A stretch of DNA of 64,000 bases from Oceanispirochaeta sp. (GCA_963663385.2 CAXXXD010000003.1:1568001-1632000); one strand, 5' to 3'; numbered from the stretch's first letter, positions 1 through 10,486 are shown. Made by a program: numbers and translations. The notes: generated by a model from the sequence alone, not told the origin.

Positions 1-484
1 TTCTCCCGCCTTTCAGCTCTCTCAGGGAACCTCTGTCATTGTACAGAAAATCAAAGAGGGTCTCTTCCAGACCATCCTTGTTCAGAATCAGCATGCCCAT
101 CAGAATGCCGTCCCCGCTATATCTGAAAATCCTGTGTTCCAGCAGGTTAGCTCCGGAATCGTACATCTGCTCTGACAGTACAGTGCCGTTCGGGTCATAC
201 TCGTTGATTTCTCTCAACACATTCTTGTAATAGTAGGTTTCAAGGAGGTTATTACCGGCGTCACCGCTCCTCTGCTCTTCCCAGCGTTTAATTTCCTTCC
301 CGTTCTGGAAAAGGGTTTTAACACTCCCTCCCGGATCCTCTTCTGTTTTAAGGTACCACTCTTCCTCTCCCGTAACCTTTTCCAATGGTTCCAGGCGGCT
401 GCCCAGCCCATCGGAAAGGTAAAAGCTATCGGAATACAGGGAAACCCCTGCTAATAGGAACAGGACAAAAGGGAGGCGGCCCAT
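1..484 (-). CDS. Exported hypothetical protein with MORN/YwqK-like beta repeats (partial, runs off the window)
   Basis: Translated by hand (not in the ORF track): ATG at 484, 3 nt after the ftsY stop; MGRLPFVLFLLAGVSLYSDSFYLSDGLG... has a signal-peptide-like start and 'EYDPNGTVLSEQMYDSGANLLEHRIFRYSGDG' repeats; no stop before position 1. Confidence 0.7.
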   Translation of the reverse strand, partial: MGRLPFVLFLLAGVSLYSDSFYLSDGLGSRLEPLEKVTGEEEWYLKTEEDPGGSVKTLFQNGKEIKRWEEQRSGDAGNNLLETYYYKNVLREINEYDPNGTVLSEQMYDSGANLLEHRIFRYSGDGILMGMLILNKDGLEETLFDFLYNDRGSLRELKGGR

Positions 485-487
485 TAA

Positions 488-1411
488 TCAGATCGCCAGC
501 AGATCGTCCAGGTACTGTTCGGCATTGAACTCGGACAGATCGTTCAATCCTTCTCCATGCCCTACAAAAGAGACGGGGATTTTCAGTTTTTTATTGATAG
601 CCACAACCAGGCCCCCCCGGGCAGTTGCATCATACTTGGTTAAAATAACCGCATCCACACCAATGGCTTCATGGAAGATCTCCGCCTGCTGCAGACCGTT
701 CTGACCTGTTGTGGCATCGATAACAAGAATCTTTTTGTACTCCCCGTCCCCTTTCAGGTTTGAAGAGATTATCTTGTTGATTTTCATCAGTTCGTTCACC
801 AGGTTCTTCTTGTTATGCATCCTTCCGGCTGTATCCGCCAGAATAAGCTCTTCACCCTGAGAGTGGGCAGATGCAATGGTATCGTAGATAACTGCTCCCG
901 GATCGGATCCGTGTTTCTGGGCTACAACCCGGAAACCGGTTCTTTCTCCCTGAATCTTAAGCTGATCGATAGCAGCTGCACGGAAAGTATCCCCTGCACT
1001 TAAAACAATTTTGGAAAATCCTTTTTTCTTATAGTACTCTGCCAGTTTGGCTATGGTGGTTGTTTTACCCACACCGTTTACACCGAGAACAAGGAAAAGG
1101 TTCAAGTCATCCCTGGAAGGCATGAGATCTGTCGTAATAAGGTGTTCGGAAACAACCTGTTTCAGTTCGGCCAGTATGGTATTCTTATCTTTCAGTTTAT
1201 CCTTTTTGACCCTGGTCCTCAGTTCATCAACCAGTTCCATTGTAACGACACCGCCCATATCACCTGAAATCAGAACTTCTTCAAGTTCTTCATAGAATTC
1301 TTCCAGATTCCCGCCGGATCTGGAGAAAAGTTCTGCAATCCGGCTGCCCAGGTTACCTTTTCTGGCAGTGGTATTTTCTGTTTTTTTATTATTTTTTTTC
1401 CAATTAAACAT
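488..1411 (-). CDS. ftsY: Signal recognition particle receptor FtsY
   Basis: GVNGVGKTTT, DTFRAAA, DTAGR, DATTGQNG and TKYD..ARGG SRP-GTPase motifs. Confidence 0.97.
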   Translation of the reverse strand: MFNWKKNNKKTENTTARKGNLGSRIAELFSRSGGNLEEFYEELEEVLISGDMGGVVTMELVDELRTRVKKDKLKDKNTILAELKQVVSEHLITTDLMPSRDDLNLFLVLGVNGVGKTTTIAKLAEYYKKKGFSKIVLSAGDTFRAAAIDQLKIQGERTGFRVVAQKHGSDPGAVIYDTIASAHSQGEELILADTAGRMHNKKNLVNELMKINKIISSNLKGDGEYKKILVIDATTGQNGLQQAEIFHEAIGVDAVILTKYDATARGGLVVAINKKLKIPVSFVGHGEGLNDLSEFNAEQYLDDLLAI

Positions 1412-1421
1412 GAATTCCTCG

Positions 1422-2900
1422 CTAATCCTCTGTGGATTCTTCAGCAGCTTTTATATAATCCTTCAACTTGAACAGCGTGTTTATCAATAAAGCACCGCTG
1501 ACTGTAACGCCTCCCAGAAAAAAGTTATAGGAAGACTCGGATGCTTTTTGAGCATCCAACGCTTTTTCATAGCTGCTCTGACTGCCTGTTGTATTCCAGT
1601 CCAGTGCGTAATTATAATACATATTGTATTGGTTTTGGTAAATGCCATAGATGATAAGAGGAGCTCCCATTGATAGGCTGAACCAGCCGAGAGAGCGATA
1701 GAATCGGCTTTTGGCATCATCAAACGCCTGCTGCCTGTTATACTTCTCCTTACTCAGTTCGACGGTAATACTGTTTCCGTCAAGCTCCCAGGAGGGAGAA
1801 TGAAAAGATTCATACCCGTCCAGGCTGATTTTTACATCATTTGAAAAGTCCGGGCCGGGGACAGCAAGCGGTGTATACCCCATCCAACTGGATCCGAAAT
1901 AGACATCTGCACCGGGAGGATCGGAGAAAAAGTACATTTTTTCAGATTCCTCTTTCTCCAGCGCTACATCCAGTTCGACACGGCCCATTCCAGGCAGATA
2001 AATCTGCTGACTCCGGGATGTATAACCGTCTTCACTGACTTTAAGAGTGGCATAACCGGGTTGGGCAATTTTCGTCAGGGCATTCCCCACACCTATGACT
2101 TCCCCGTCCAGAGAAACGATACAGCCGGGAGGATCCGTGTGCACCTGCAATTCCGACCAGGTTCGCCCCAGAACTTCTATCCGCATCTCGCCGGCGGCTT
2201 TTCGGATAATGGAATTCAGCTCATCTTCCTGTCCTACACCGGACCAGGAGTAAACAGGATCCTCCTGAACCCGGCTGTAACAGTTAAGCTCCAGAAAAAA
2301 AAGCTCATCCAGTCTTTCCAGTTTTCCCGTCAGAAGTATATCCAGGTTATTCTTCTCCATAAAACGGGTAACCTGCCGGTCCCTGGGACAGCTGTCAAAA
2401 TCCATGTACTCTACAGGAAGAATATCCTCCAGTTCAATAAGATCAGCATCCAGCCGGTACCAGGCTTCCTCTTCCTGCATTTTCTCCCTGATGGATTCGC
2501 TGTAACCATTATAGGTCTCGGTTTTCTGCTCATCACTATTGTCAGAAAAAAGCAGTTCATCTCTCCGGGTATAAAGAGCATCAACGGTGTTTCGGGTTTG
2601 ATTGATCTGGTCATTAATATAGGAGGATTTAAGGAAGTCTTTCTCTTCCAGGGATAGGTTATGTTCAGTTATATCCCGTAGTTCCTCTTTTAATAACTGG
2701 GGCAGGCTATCGCTCAGATATTCAAACCTGTCATCCAGGTTTGAAACGGCCAGCCGGCAAATGCCGGCAACCCAATGATCCTTGTTCACCCTTATGTTGT
2801 CAGGAATCAGAGACCCCTCCCGAGCGTTCAATCCCCGGGTATTGAAAGTTAGAATCGATAAGAAAAAAAAGGTGAACCGGAGGATTGAAATTCTACTCAT
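1422..2900 (-). CDS. PEGA-domain membrane/exported protein
   Basis: Signal peptide; two PEGA-like units (TDPPGCIVSLDG; SDPPGADVYFG..GYTPL); C-terminal hydrophobic helices. Confidence 0.75.
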   Translation of the reverse strand: MSRISILRFTFFFLSILTFNTRGLNAREGSLIPDNIRVNKDHWVAGICRLAVSNLDDRFEYLSDSLPQLLKEELRDITEHNLSLEEKDFLKSSYINDQINQTRNTVDALYTRRDELLFSDNSDEQKTETYNGYSESIREKMQEEEAWYRLDADLIELEDILPVEYMDFDSCPRDRQVTRFMEKNNLDILLTGKLERLDELFFLELNCYSRVQEDPVYSWSGVGQEDELNSIIRKAAGEMRIEVLGRTWSELQVHTDPPGCIVSLDGEVIGVGNALTKIAQPGYATLKVSEDGYTSRSQQIYLPGMGRVELDVALEKEESEKMYFFSDPPGADVYFGSSWMGYTPLAVPGPDFSNDVKISLDGYESFHSPSWELDGNSITVELSKEKYNRQQAFDDAKSRFYRSLGWFSLSMGAPLIIYGIYQNQYNMYYNYALDWNTTGSQSSYEKALDAQKASESSYNFFLGGVTVSGALLINTLFKLKDYIKAAEESTED

Positions 2901-3258
2901 TTCCCCTGCCGGCCCGGTTGATCGCCGAAATGAGTCTCTTTCTCTGAAAAGGTTTAACTATATAATCTACCGCGCCGAGTCTTATGGCCTGTATTATCTT
3001 TTCCTGATCACTTAAGGAGGAGCACATAATGACCCGGCAGTCCGGGTAGGCCTTTTTTAGGCTTTTCAGAGCCTCTACACCGTTCATCCGGGGCATGATA
3101 ATATCCATCAGAACCAGATCGGGTAGAAGGGACTTATAGCGGGAAAGGCATTCAATGCCGTCTCCCGCCTCTCCGATCACGATATGACCGCTTTCGCTAA
3201 CGATATCAGAGATGATTGATCGCATGAATGGCAGGTCATCCACAATCAGGATTCTCAT
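2893..3258 (-). CDS. Single-domain response regulator (CheY-like)
   Basis: ILIVDD, LMDIIMP (phospho-Asp), VKPF; ATGA overlap with the prfB stop. Confidence 0.9.
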   Translation of the reverse strand: MRILIVDDLPFMRSIISDIVSESGHIVIGEAGDGIECLSRYKSLLPDLVLMDIIMPRMNGVEALKSLKKAYPDCRVIMCSSLSDQEKIIQAIRLGAVDYIVKPFQRKRLISAINRAGRGNE

Positions 3259-4365
3259 CCCTGCGAGTTTCCCGACCAGAGGTACTGCAGATAAGCTTCA
3301 ATAAAAGGATCCAGATCCCCATCCATTACATTCTGGATGTTGCCGGTTTCCCATCTGGTTCTAAGATCCTTAACCATTGTATAGGGATGGAAAACATAGG
3401 AGCGGATCTGGGATCCCCAGCCTATCTCCTTTTTTTCCGCCGCAGAAGCAGCCCTTTCTTCATCCTGCTTCTGTTTATAATACTCATACAAACGGGATTT
3501 CAGCATTTTCATGGCAATTTCACGGTTTTTCAACTGACTTCGCTCATTCTGACACTGAACCACAATATTCGTCTCCAGGTGAGTCATACGGATCGCACTG
3601 CTTGTCTTGTTAACATGCTGACCGCCTGCTCCGGAGGCCCTGTAGGTATCAACACGGATATCCTCGGGTTTGATATCCACCTCGATGGTATCATCAATCA
3701 CAGGTGAAACATATACAGAGGCAAAGGATGTATGCCTTCTGGCATTGGAGTCAAAGGGTGATATTCTTACCAGACGGTGTATACCTCCCTCGCCCTTCAG
3801 ATAACCGTAAGAGTAGTCGCCGTCAACCTGAAAAGAGATGGATTTGATGCCGCCTTCAGCCTCGATCAGATCCATAACTGTTATTTTATATCCTTTCCGC
3901 TCAATCCATCGGTTATACATCCGGTATAGCATACTGGTCCAGTCACAGGCTTCCGTACCGCCGGCACCGGAGTGGATTGTAACAAACGCAGAAAGGACAT
4001 CTGTCTCTTCACTGAGAAGTTCAAGGGAGTTAAGCTGATCAAAAACTTTCCGAACACTGTCCAACTGGCTTTGAATCTCACCTTCAAGGGATTCATCACC
4101 CTCTTCTACGGCCAGTCCAAAGAGTTCCATCAGGTCCTCCATATCAGTAACCAGTTTTTCCCATGGTTCATATTTATTTTTCAGTCTTTTTAACTGTGCC
4201 AGTTTTTTTTCGGCACTTTCGCGATCATTCCAGAAATCGGGATCTCCCGATTCGATTTCCAGTTCACGGGCTGCGCTTTTCAGTTCAGCCGTGTCAAAGT
4301 CGCCTCCAGGTATCCGTAATCTCCCCGTTAAGGGATTTCAACTGAGATGAGATATCACTTAGCAT
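3255..4365 (-). CDS. prfB: Peptide chain release factor 2, translated through a programmed +1 frameshift
   Basis: SPF and GGQ motifs; ATG at 4365 with GGAGG RBS; 23 codons end in CTT TGA C, and the +1 frame continues open into ORF 3255..4142. Confidence 0.96.
4293..4307 (-). other. prfB +1 frameshift cassette GGAGG-CGA-CTT-TGA-C
   Basis: Internal SD-like GGAGG (4303-4307) 3 nt upstream of CTT TGA C (4299-4293), the canonical RF2 autoregulatory signal. Confidence 0.95.
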
Positions 4366-4654
4366 TTGTGCCTCCGTTATTTTTATCTTTTAAAATATTG
4401 CGTCTCCACCGTTTTTCCGTTAATGAAGTAATAACAAGTTTCCCTTCTATAGGATATTGATAGATTCTGATAGAATCATAAAAATCCGTTGCCCTGTCCA
4501 GATCCAGTTTTAAACGGGACAAATTGTTCTCGTTTATACTCAGGGATTCAAATGTATTTTTTTGAATTTGTTTAAATCCGTAACGGAAGAGCAAGTTCTG
4601 AACAACCTTTTCACTATCTTCGTTCCCAAGATCAATTACAATGGATACAAACAT
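4355..4654 (-). CDS. Stand-alone Cas2-like (Cas2/VapD ferredoxin-fold) protein
   Basis: About 100 aa; MFVSIVID (strand 1 ending in Asp), LLFRYGFKQIQKNTFE (compare YG..RVQ.SVFE), DSIRIY; alternative start at 4660. Confidence 0.72.
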   Translation of the reverse strand: MFVSIVIDLGNEDSEKVVQNLLFRYGFKQIQKNTFESLSINENNLSRLKLDLDRATDFYDSIRIYQYPIEGKLVITSLTEKRWRRNILKDKNNGGTNAK

Positions 4655-4663
4655 GATCATTAT

Positions 4664-4692
4664 ACTCTATTTGCGTCTTGCCAGGCTGTCAA
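4664..4692 (-). promoter_or_regulatory. Sigma70-type promoter for the Cas2-like/prfB operon
   Basis: TTGACA (4692-4687) - 17 nt - TAGAGT (4669-4664), directly before the start codon(s). Confidence 0.65.
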
Positions 4693-4699
4693 TACACAA

Positions 4700-6451
4700 T
4701 TAAAACAATGTGACTTCACCGCTGCTTGCGCCCTCTTCTTCCAGAGCAAAAGAACTTGTAATATCGGCCTTTTTCTTGTGAATAAAAATCGTAAACTTAT
4801 CAATAAGATCCTTTATTTCGTTTCCCCGCAGTTTCCACTCCGAATAGGGACTGGCCGCAAGGGCATGATCGAGTTTTTCCTTGTATTGATTCTTCTGGGT
4901 ATCTACAATCCCGGTTACATCGTACAGTTTTTTCATAAGATCCTTCATTGTACGCAGATCTTTTCTTGTCATCTGATAGAATTCATCAAAAGCCTGTCCG
5001 GCTTTCACAATTTCCAGGGTACAGTAGTCTACTTTCTCATGGGAATCCGAAACCCCTTCAAGCCCTTTTCTCAAATCTACTATAAATTGTTCAAGCTGGG
5101 CTGCATCATCCGTAAAATCCTTGAAATAGTCGTTAAATAACCTGTCGGTACTTTTCCTGAAATCACCAATGATGCGTGTAAGAACTTCAACATTCTGTTC
5201 TATCGAGTCTGTACGATTATTAATATTCTCAATAATGAAATTCATATTCTCCAGATGTGGGAGTTTGGCTGCCTCAACCCGACTGGATATGTTGATTGTC
5301 TTGACCCAGTTGATTATCCGCACAAATCCGTTGGATGATTCTTCCAGCTTACCTATCTCCTTTAAAAGATGACTCAGATTCTTTTTAAGAGACTCCCTGC
5401 TGAACCCTTTACGGAATATTTCCGAATTCTGAGAGATGGATTTCTGAAACTCCCGTATCTTCAGAGAATAGGAATCATTCCCTGACTGATTCAGGAAAGT
5501 CTCTCCGGATTTCTGAATGGTCAGCATCATTTCGGACAGATCATCCGATTTTTCCTGAAAGAGTTTATAGGTTTCATCAATTCCCTCTCCGATTTCACTC
5601 AGGATATCTTTACAGAACGAGTAAACCTGGTATTGATATGTCAGATAATCCAGCTCATCCTCTGTACTGACACTGCTTACCTCCAATCCTTTCTGAAACG
5701 AAAGGATTACATGATCAATGGACTGCCTTACAATATCGTGCTTCTGAACCTCCTGAATAATATGGTAAAGGGGGTCTCTGATACCCCCGACTCCTTTCTG
5801 GAGTTCTGATACAAGGATATGGATTTTATCCTTATACTCCTTGATAAGCTTCAGCATATTATTCAGATTTTCAGCGATTATATCCATTGCCTGATTCAAA
5901 TCGGATTTATCACTGTCAATATTGGACAGAAAGGAACGGAATACCCGATCCATATTTTCACCATGGTCTTTCAGTCTGTTACTTAGATAGGCTGAATCCT
6001 TCGATACCGCCTGAAGTTCTTCCGTTATATAGGGAAAAGCACCTCCGTTCTTACCAGCCTTGAGAGCGGTTACCATGGCATTGAGCGAAATCAGTTCCAG
6101 CTCTGCCGAATCATCCTCGATAACCTTGATATGTTCCTCAAAGAGGCTGGATTTTTTGAGTTCAACCTCCAGATTATCAAGAAAGCCGGAATCTTTTTCG
6201 GATAGTTTCGTAAAGATGATACCTTCCGAACTGACAATATTCTGAAGATAGGCAACTGATTCCTCCATGTCATCCAGCCCGCAGAAAGCGTTCTTCTTCT
6301 GCATATCCGAAGTATCTAGTGACCTGAATTTCTCATCCATCAAATCAAGAATCCGGGGATAGTTATCCGCCATCCCCATATAGACATTTCCGAGTTCCGC
6401 AACGATGTATTCCAGATTTTTAACTATTCTGATTTGATTTTCATTATCCAT
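4700..6451 (-). CDS. Soluble MCP-like (methyl-accepting chemotaxis) coiled-coil protein with two degenerate signalling-tip motifs
   Basis: [29 protein letters not shown] and [22 protein letters not shown]; no TM helix; last gene of the che cluster; start assumed at MDNENQ (6451). Confidence 0.7.
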   Translation of the reverse strand: MDNENQIRIVKNLEYIVAELGNVYMGMADNYPRILDLMDEKFRSLDTSDMQKKNAFCGLDDMEESVAYLQNIVSSEGIIFTKLSEKDSGFLDNLEVELKKSSLFEEHIKVIEDDSAELELISLNAMVTALKAGKNGGAFPYITEELQAVSKDSAYLSNRLKDHGENMDRVFRSFLSNIDSDKSDLNQAMDIIAENLNNMLKLIKEYKDKIHILVSELQKGVGGIRDPLYHIIQEVQKHDIVRQSIDHVILSFQKGLEVSSVSTEDELDYLTYQYQVYSFCKDILSEIGEGIDETYKLFQEKSDDLSEMMLTIQKSGETFLNQSGNDSYSLKIREFQKSISQNSEIFRKGFSRESLKKNLSHLLKEIGKLEESSNGFVRIINWVKTINISSRVEAAKLPHLENMNFIIENINNRTDSIEQNVEVLTRIIGDFRKSTDRLFNDYFKDFTDDAAQLEQFIVDLRKGLEGVSDSHEKVDYCTLEIVKAGQAFDEFYQMTRKDLRTMKDLMKKLYDVTGIVDTQKNQYKEKLDHALAASPYSEWKLRGNEIKDLIDKFTIFIHKKKADITSSFALEEEGASSGEVTLF

Positions 6452-7520
6452 TTGCTGCTTTCCTGACAACTTCCGGAGCAATTTTATTCAGGGGAAGAAC
6501 AGAGTGTACCGCTTGCCTTTTGATTGCTTCATTGGGCATTCCGAAAACAACGCAGCTGGCTTCATCCTGGGCGATATTGAAGGCGCCGGCCTCTCTCATT
6601 TCATCCATGCCCCGTGCTCCGTCATCACCCATTCCGGTCATGATGACTCCAATCGCATTTGGTCCCGCATAGCGGGCGGCCGAACGGAACAGAACATCGA
6701 CCGAAGGTTTATGGCGACAGACAAGGGGGCCTTCCTTGGTTTCAACATAATACCGCGCCCCCTGACGTTTCAGGAGGAGATGGCGGTTTCCGGGGGCAAT
6801 CAATGCCCGGCCACGGTATACTACATCATTGTTCTCCGCTTCCTTTACTTCGACCTGACAGAGACCGTTCAGGCGTTCTGCAAAGGACTTTGTAAAATGT
6901 TCCGGCATATGCTGAACGATGACAATACCCGGCGAATTTACCGGCATGGCTTCCAGAAAGACCCTGAGAGCTTCCGTTCCGCCTGTAGACGCCCCGACAA
7001 CAACAATTTTCTCAGTCGTATCGATAGTCAGGGGCCTATGTGATTTTGCCAGAATGGCATCGGCTGTTAATTTGGGAGGAACAGGGCCGGCGGGAACCTT
7101 TTTTTTAATTTTCGCTTTTGTTGAGGAAGCCGCCCGTATAACATCGCATATACGTATCTTCGATTCCTGCAGAAACTCTTTGGTTCCGACTTTCGGTTTC
7201 TGAATAATTTCCACAGCACCCAACTCAATAGCTGTAATAGCATTCTGACCACCCTTTTCTGTTTTACTGGAACAGATTATGGTAGGGATAGGATTTTCCG
7301 CCATCAGCTTTTTAAGAAAAGTCAGCCCGTCCATCTGGGGCATTTCAATATCCAGGATAATGACATCCGGTTTATTCTTTGCGATTTTTTTTTCACCTAT
7401 AATGGGATTCGGAGCTGTATCAATAACGTCAATGTCTTTCTCTTCTGCAATCAGTTGAGTGAGAGTCTGCCTGACAACAGCGGAATCATCAATAATCATA
7501 ACCTTGATTTGTGTTCCCAT
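6444..7520 (-). CDS. cheB: Chemotaxis methylesterase CheB (receiver + methylesterase)
   Basis: N-terminal REC domain; GASTGG, QHMP and MTGMGDDG catalytic motifs. Confidence 0.96.
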   Translation of the reverse strand: MGTQIKVMIIDDSAVVRQTLTQLIAEEKDIDVIDTAPNPIIGEKKIAKNKPDVIILDIEMPQMDGLTFLKKLMAENPIPTIICSSKTEKGGQNAITAIELGAVEIIQKPKVGTKEFLQESKIRICDVIRAASSTKAKIKKKVPAGPVPPKLTADAILAKSHRPLTIDTTEKIVVVGASTGGTEALRVFLEAMPVNSPGIVIVQHMPEHFTKSFAERLNGLCQVEVKEAENNDVVYRGRALIAPGNRHLLLKRQGARYYVETKEGPLVCRHKPSVDVLFRSAARYAGPNAIGVIMTGMGDDGARGMDEMREAGAFNIAQDEASCVVFGMPNEAIKRQAVHSVLPLNKIAPEVVRKAANG

Positions 7521-7531
7521 AAAATGCTCCT

Positions 7532-8380
7532 CTATGAAATTGATTTCTGATAGATTGTAGGTGCGACAGATAAATAGGGTAAATTTAAACCTGTGATGGT
7601 TTCCGAATGCCCCAGAAACAGATATCCTCCGGGATGCAAGTGATTATACAGCTGCATCAGGATTTTTTTCTGTTTCTCCTGGGGAAAGTAGATCAGTACA
7701 TTCCGGCAGAATATGACATGAAATTTCTTATTGATCCGGTAATCATTATCCATTAAATTAAGCTGACGGAACTGCATATTTTCCTGCAGAAAAGGTTTTA
7801 CCTTAACCTGTTCGCTGTTCTTATCTTTGCTTCGTAAAAAAAATTTCTTTTTTTGAGCAAGAGGAATATTCTCTATCCGGGACTCATGGTAGATTCCCCG
7901 CCGCGCTTTCTGCAGAACTTCCTGGGAGATATCAGTTCCAAAAAGGGTAAAATGCAGCTGAGGATGTTCGAAACGGATCTGATGAAGCACCATGGAAAGG
8001 GTGTAAACTTCCTCTCCAGTGGAACTGGCCGATGACCATATATCCAGGTGTACAGGCTGATTCGTCTGAAGAAGCGGGAGAACAACATTGTTTTCCAGAT
8101 AGATAAAGTGATCCGGTTCCCTGAAAAAATCCGTTTTATTCGTGGTAACCACATCAATCATAAAGGGCAGCTCGTTTTTCATCCCCTTTTCACTGAACAG
8201 GAAATCACAGTAATCACTATATGAATTAATTGAAAGGGTCCTCAATCGTTTATGTAACCGGGATTCCAGCATAACCTTTTTTATTTCAGGCATCCGGATT
8301 CCCAGCTCATCTTCAATGAACTTGCTTAAACGCTTGAAATCCTTCTGCTTCAGTTCCGGTCTGTCATAACCTTCTGTCAT
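7532..8380 (-). CDS. cheR: Chemotaxis methyltransferase CheR
   Basis: [36 protein letters not shown]. Confidence 0.95.
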   Translation of the reverse strand: MTEGYDRPELKQKDFKRLSKFIEDELGIRMPEIKKVMLESRLHKRLRTLSINSYSDYCDFLFSEKGMKNELPFMIDVVTTNKTDFFREPDHFIYLENNVVLPLLQTNQPVHLDIWSSASSTGEEVYTLSMVLHQIRFEHPQLHFTLFGTDISQEVLQKARRGIYHESRIENIPLAQKKKFFLRSKDKNSEQVKVKPFLQENMQFRQLNLMDNDYRINKKFHVIFCRNVLIYFPQEKQKKILMQLYNHLHPGGYLFLGHSETITGLNLPYLSVAPTIYQKSIS

Positions 8381-10479
8381 CAGTTAACTTCCTTCCGGGC
8401 CAGAATGGATATTCTGTTAACATCCAGAATCAGTGCAACAGATCCGTCGCCTAGAATTGTAGCGCCGGTTATATAGCTTACACCCTTATAGAGTTTGCCC
8501 ATATTTTTAATAACAGTCTGATGATCCCCTATAACCTCATCCACCACCAGACCGGCCAGATTATTCTCGGTCTGAACCATAACCACATGCTCCCTCTGGG
8601 GAAGTTCACTGTCATCCAGAAAAATCTCCCTCAAGCGGATATAGGGAATCATTGAGTCCCTGTATTCCATCAAACGTTTTTTACCGTGTTTCGCACGGTC
8701 TTCACTGGTCAGTTCCAGACAGGCCTGAACGGCTGAAAGGGGAAAAACATATTTATCATCTCCGATACGGACGAGGAGACCTTCGATGATAGCCAGGGTG
8801 AAGGGAAGATTCAAAGAGAAGACAGTTCCTTCACCCGGTTTACTGTCGATAGAAATCAGACCGCCCAGCGCATCGATCTGTCTTTTAACAACATCCATGC
8901 CAACGCCCCTTCCGGAAACACTGGTTACATTGACAGCCGTGGAAAAACCGGGCATAAAAATCAGATCAAAAATCTCTTCATCACTCAGGTCGGCATCCGG
9001 TGAAACAAGCCCTTTTTCAATACCCTTTTTCAGAATCGCATTTTTATCCAGCCCCTTGCCGTCATCCCGAATCTTAAGGATAACATTGGCACCGGAATAT
9101 TTCGCTTCAAGGGTAATGGTACCGCTCGCCCCTTTTCCTTTTTCTTCCCGTACGGAAGGGGCTTCTATTCCATGATCAATGGAATTCCTGATAAGGTGAA
9201 TCAGGGGATCATTCAATTTTTCAATAACATTTTTATCCAGCTCTGTCTCACCTCCCAGAGTTACCAGCTGAATCCGTTTATCCAGGGAGGAAGAGAGATC
9301 TCTGACCAGCCTTTTAAACCGGGAAAATGTCGTGCCGATAGGAACCATTCTTAAACTCATGGTATTGTCCCGCAGATCAGAAGTCAGTCTTTCTATCTGT
9401 TCCGCCAACGAAGAGAGAGAGGATTTCTTTATCTGTGTAGCCAGCTGGGAAAGGCGGGCCTGAGCTGTTACGAGCTCTCCAACCGAATCCACCAGATTAT
9501 CCAGTTTTTCACTTTTAACCCTGATGGAACTGGAACCTGAATCACTCATGGTCTGTTTCAGGGTTTTGGTAATTTTCTGCTCTTCCAGGGCTGATTTGAT
9601 TTCGGCATCGCTGACCAGGCCTTTTTCAATCAGGACTTCTCCCATTTTTTTACGGGAATTGAGGACATCCTCCAGCTGTTCATTGCTGACCAGCCCCTTC
9701 TCCATCAGGATTTCTCCCAACTTCTTACCGCTGCCCGGATTGATGATGTCATGCCAGTCGGCAACAATCGAAACATCCACAGAGGAGGAAGAATCCAGAA
9801 AGATAAAGACATCTTTAATCTCATCAATACTATACTCAGAGATAAGAAAGATTTCCCACCTTATATAGGATTTATGAGGATTGTACTCCTCCAGCAGGGG
9901 TATTTTATCCGGATGACAAACGCTGTGATACTCCCCCAGGGATTCAAGTTCCTTCAAAAGAAGCAGAGGATTCGTACCGCTCAGGAAAATATCTTCGGAG
10001 GGTCTGAAATCGATCCTGTAGGTATTGAGGGTTTTATCATCAGCTTTGGTTTTCTCTGATTCTCTTCCTGCCTTGATATTTGATGCAGGAACGGATTCGA
10101 CACCAGCCAGTCTATTCAATTTTCCTACAATATCATTGGAAATTTCCTGAAACTCCGGGGTACTGTCCGATTCCGCTCCCAACATACTGGTTATATGGTC
10201 ACGACTTAACAAAGTCAGATCAATCAACTCTTTTGAAACTTTCATGTTTCCTTCCCGGACGCCGTCCAGGATTGTTTCAACTGAGTGGGTAAAACTGGAG
10301 ATTCCGTTAAAATCGAACATTGAGGCAGAGCCTTTAATTGTATGTATCGATCTGAAAACGGCTGCTATGGTTTCAGGATCATCGGGTCTATCTTCCATCT
10401 CCATAAGAAGATCTTCCAGATTCCCCAGTAGTTCGTATGCTTCTTCTTTAAAAGTTTCCTTGAACTGATTCTGATTCAT
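8380..10479 (-). CDS. cheA: Chemotaxis histidine kinase CheA with an MshEN-like insert
   Basis: Hpt FRSIHTIKGSA; HLIRNSIDHG, DDGKG, SGRGVGMDVV; C-terminal CheW domain; the ORF track's TTG start at 10497 is less likely. Confidence 0.96.
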   Translation of the reverse strand: MNQNQFKETFKEEAYELLGNLEDLLMEMEDRPDDPETIAAVFRSIHTIKGSASMFDFNGISSFTHSVETILDGVREGNMKVSKELIDLTLLSRDHITSMLGAESDSTPEFQEISNDIVGKLNRLAGVESVPASNIKAGRESEKTKADDKTLNTYRIDFRPSEDIFLSGTNPLLLLKELESLGEYHSVCHPDKIPLLEEYNPHKSYIRWEIFLISEYSIDEIKDVFIFLDSSSSVDVSIVADWHDIINPGSGKKLGEILMEKGLVSNEQLEDVLNSRKKMGEVLIEKGLVSDAEIKSALEEQKITKTLKQTMSDSGSSSIRVKSEKLDNLVDSVGELVTAQARLSQLATQIKKSSLSSLAEQIERLTSDLRDNTMSLRMVPIGTTFSRFKRLVRDLSSSLDKRIQLVTLGGETELDKNVIEKLNDPLIHLIRNSIDHGIEAPSVREEKGKGASGTITLEAKYSGANVILKIRDDGKGLDKNAILKKGIEKGLVSPDADLSDEEIFDLIFMPGFSTAVNVTSVSGRGVGMDVVKRQIDALGGLISIDSKPGEGTVFSLNLPFTLAIIEGLLVRIGDDKYVFPLSAVQACLELTSEDRAKHGKKRLMEYRDSMIPYIRLREIFLDDSELPQREHVVMVQTENNLAGLVVDEVIGDHQTVIKNMGKLYKGVSYITGATILGDGSVALILDVNRISILARKEVN

Positions 10480-10486
10480 TATAAAC

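Noticed and set aside
214..411. 65-aa ORF from the track
   Set aside because: Wrong frame; the likely gene is the open frame starting at 484
3255..4142. prfB as a truncated gene or pseudogene
   Set aside because: The canonical programmed frameshift restores the full-length protein
4200..4720. CRISPR array or cas operon near the Cas2-like gene
   Set aside because: Flanks are fully occupied by prfB and the MCP-like gene; no repeat-spacer pattern seen anywhere in the window
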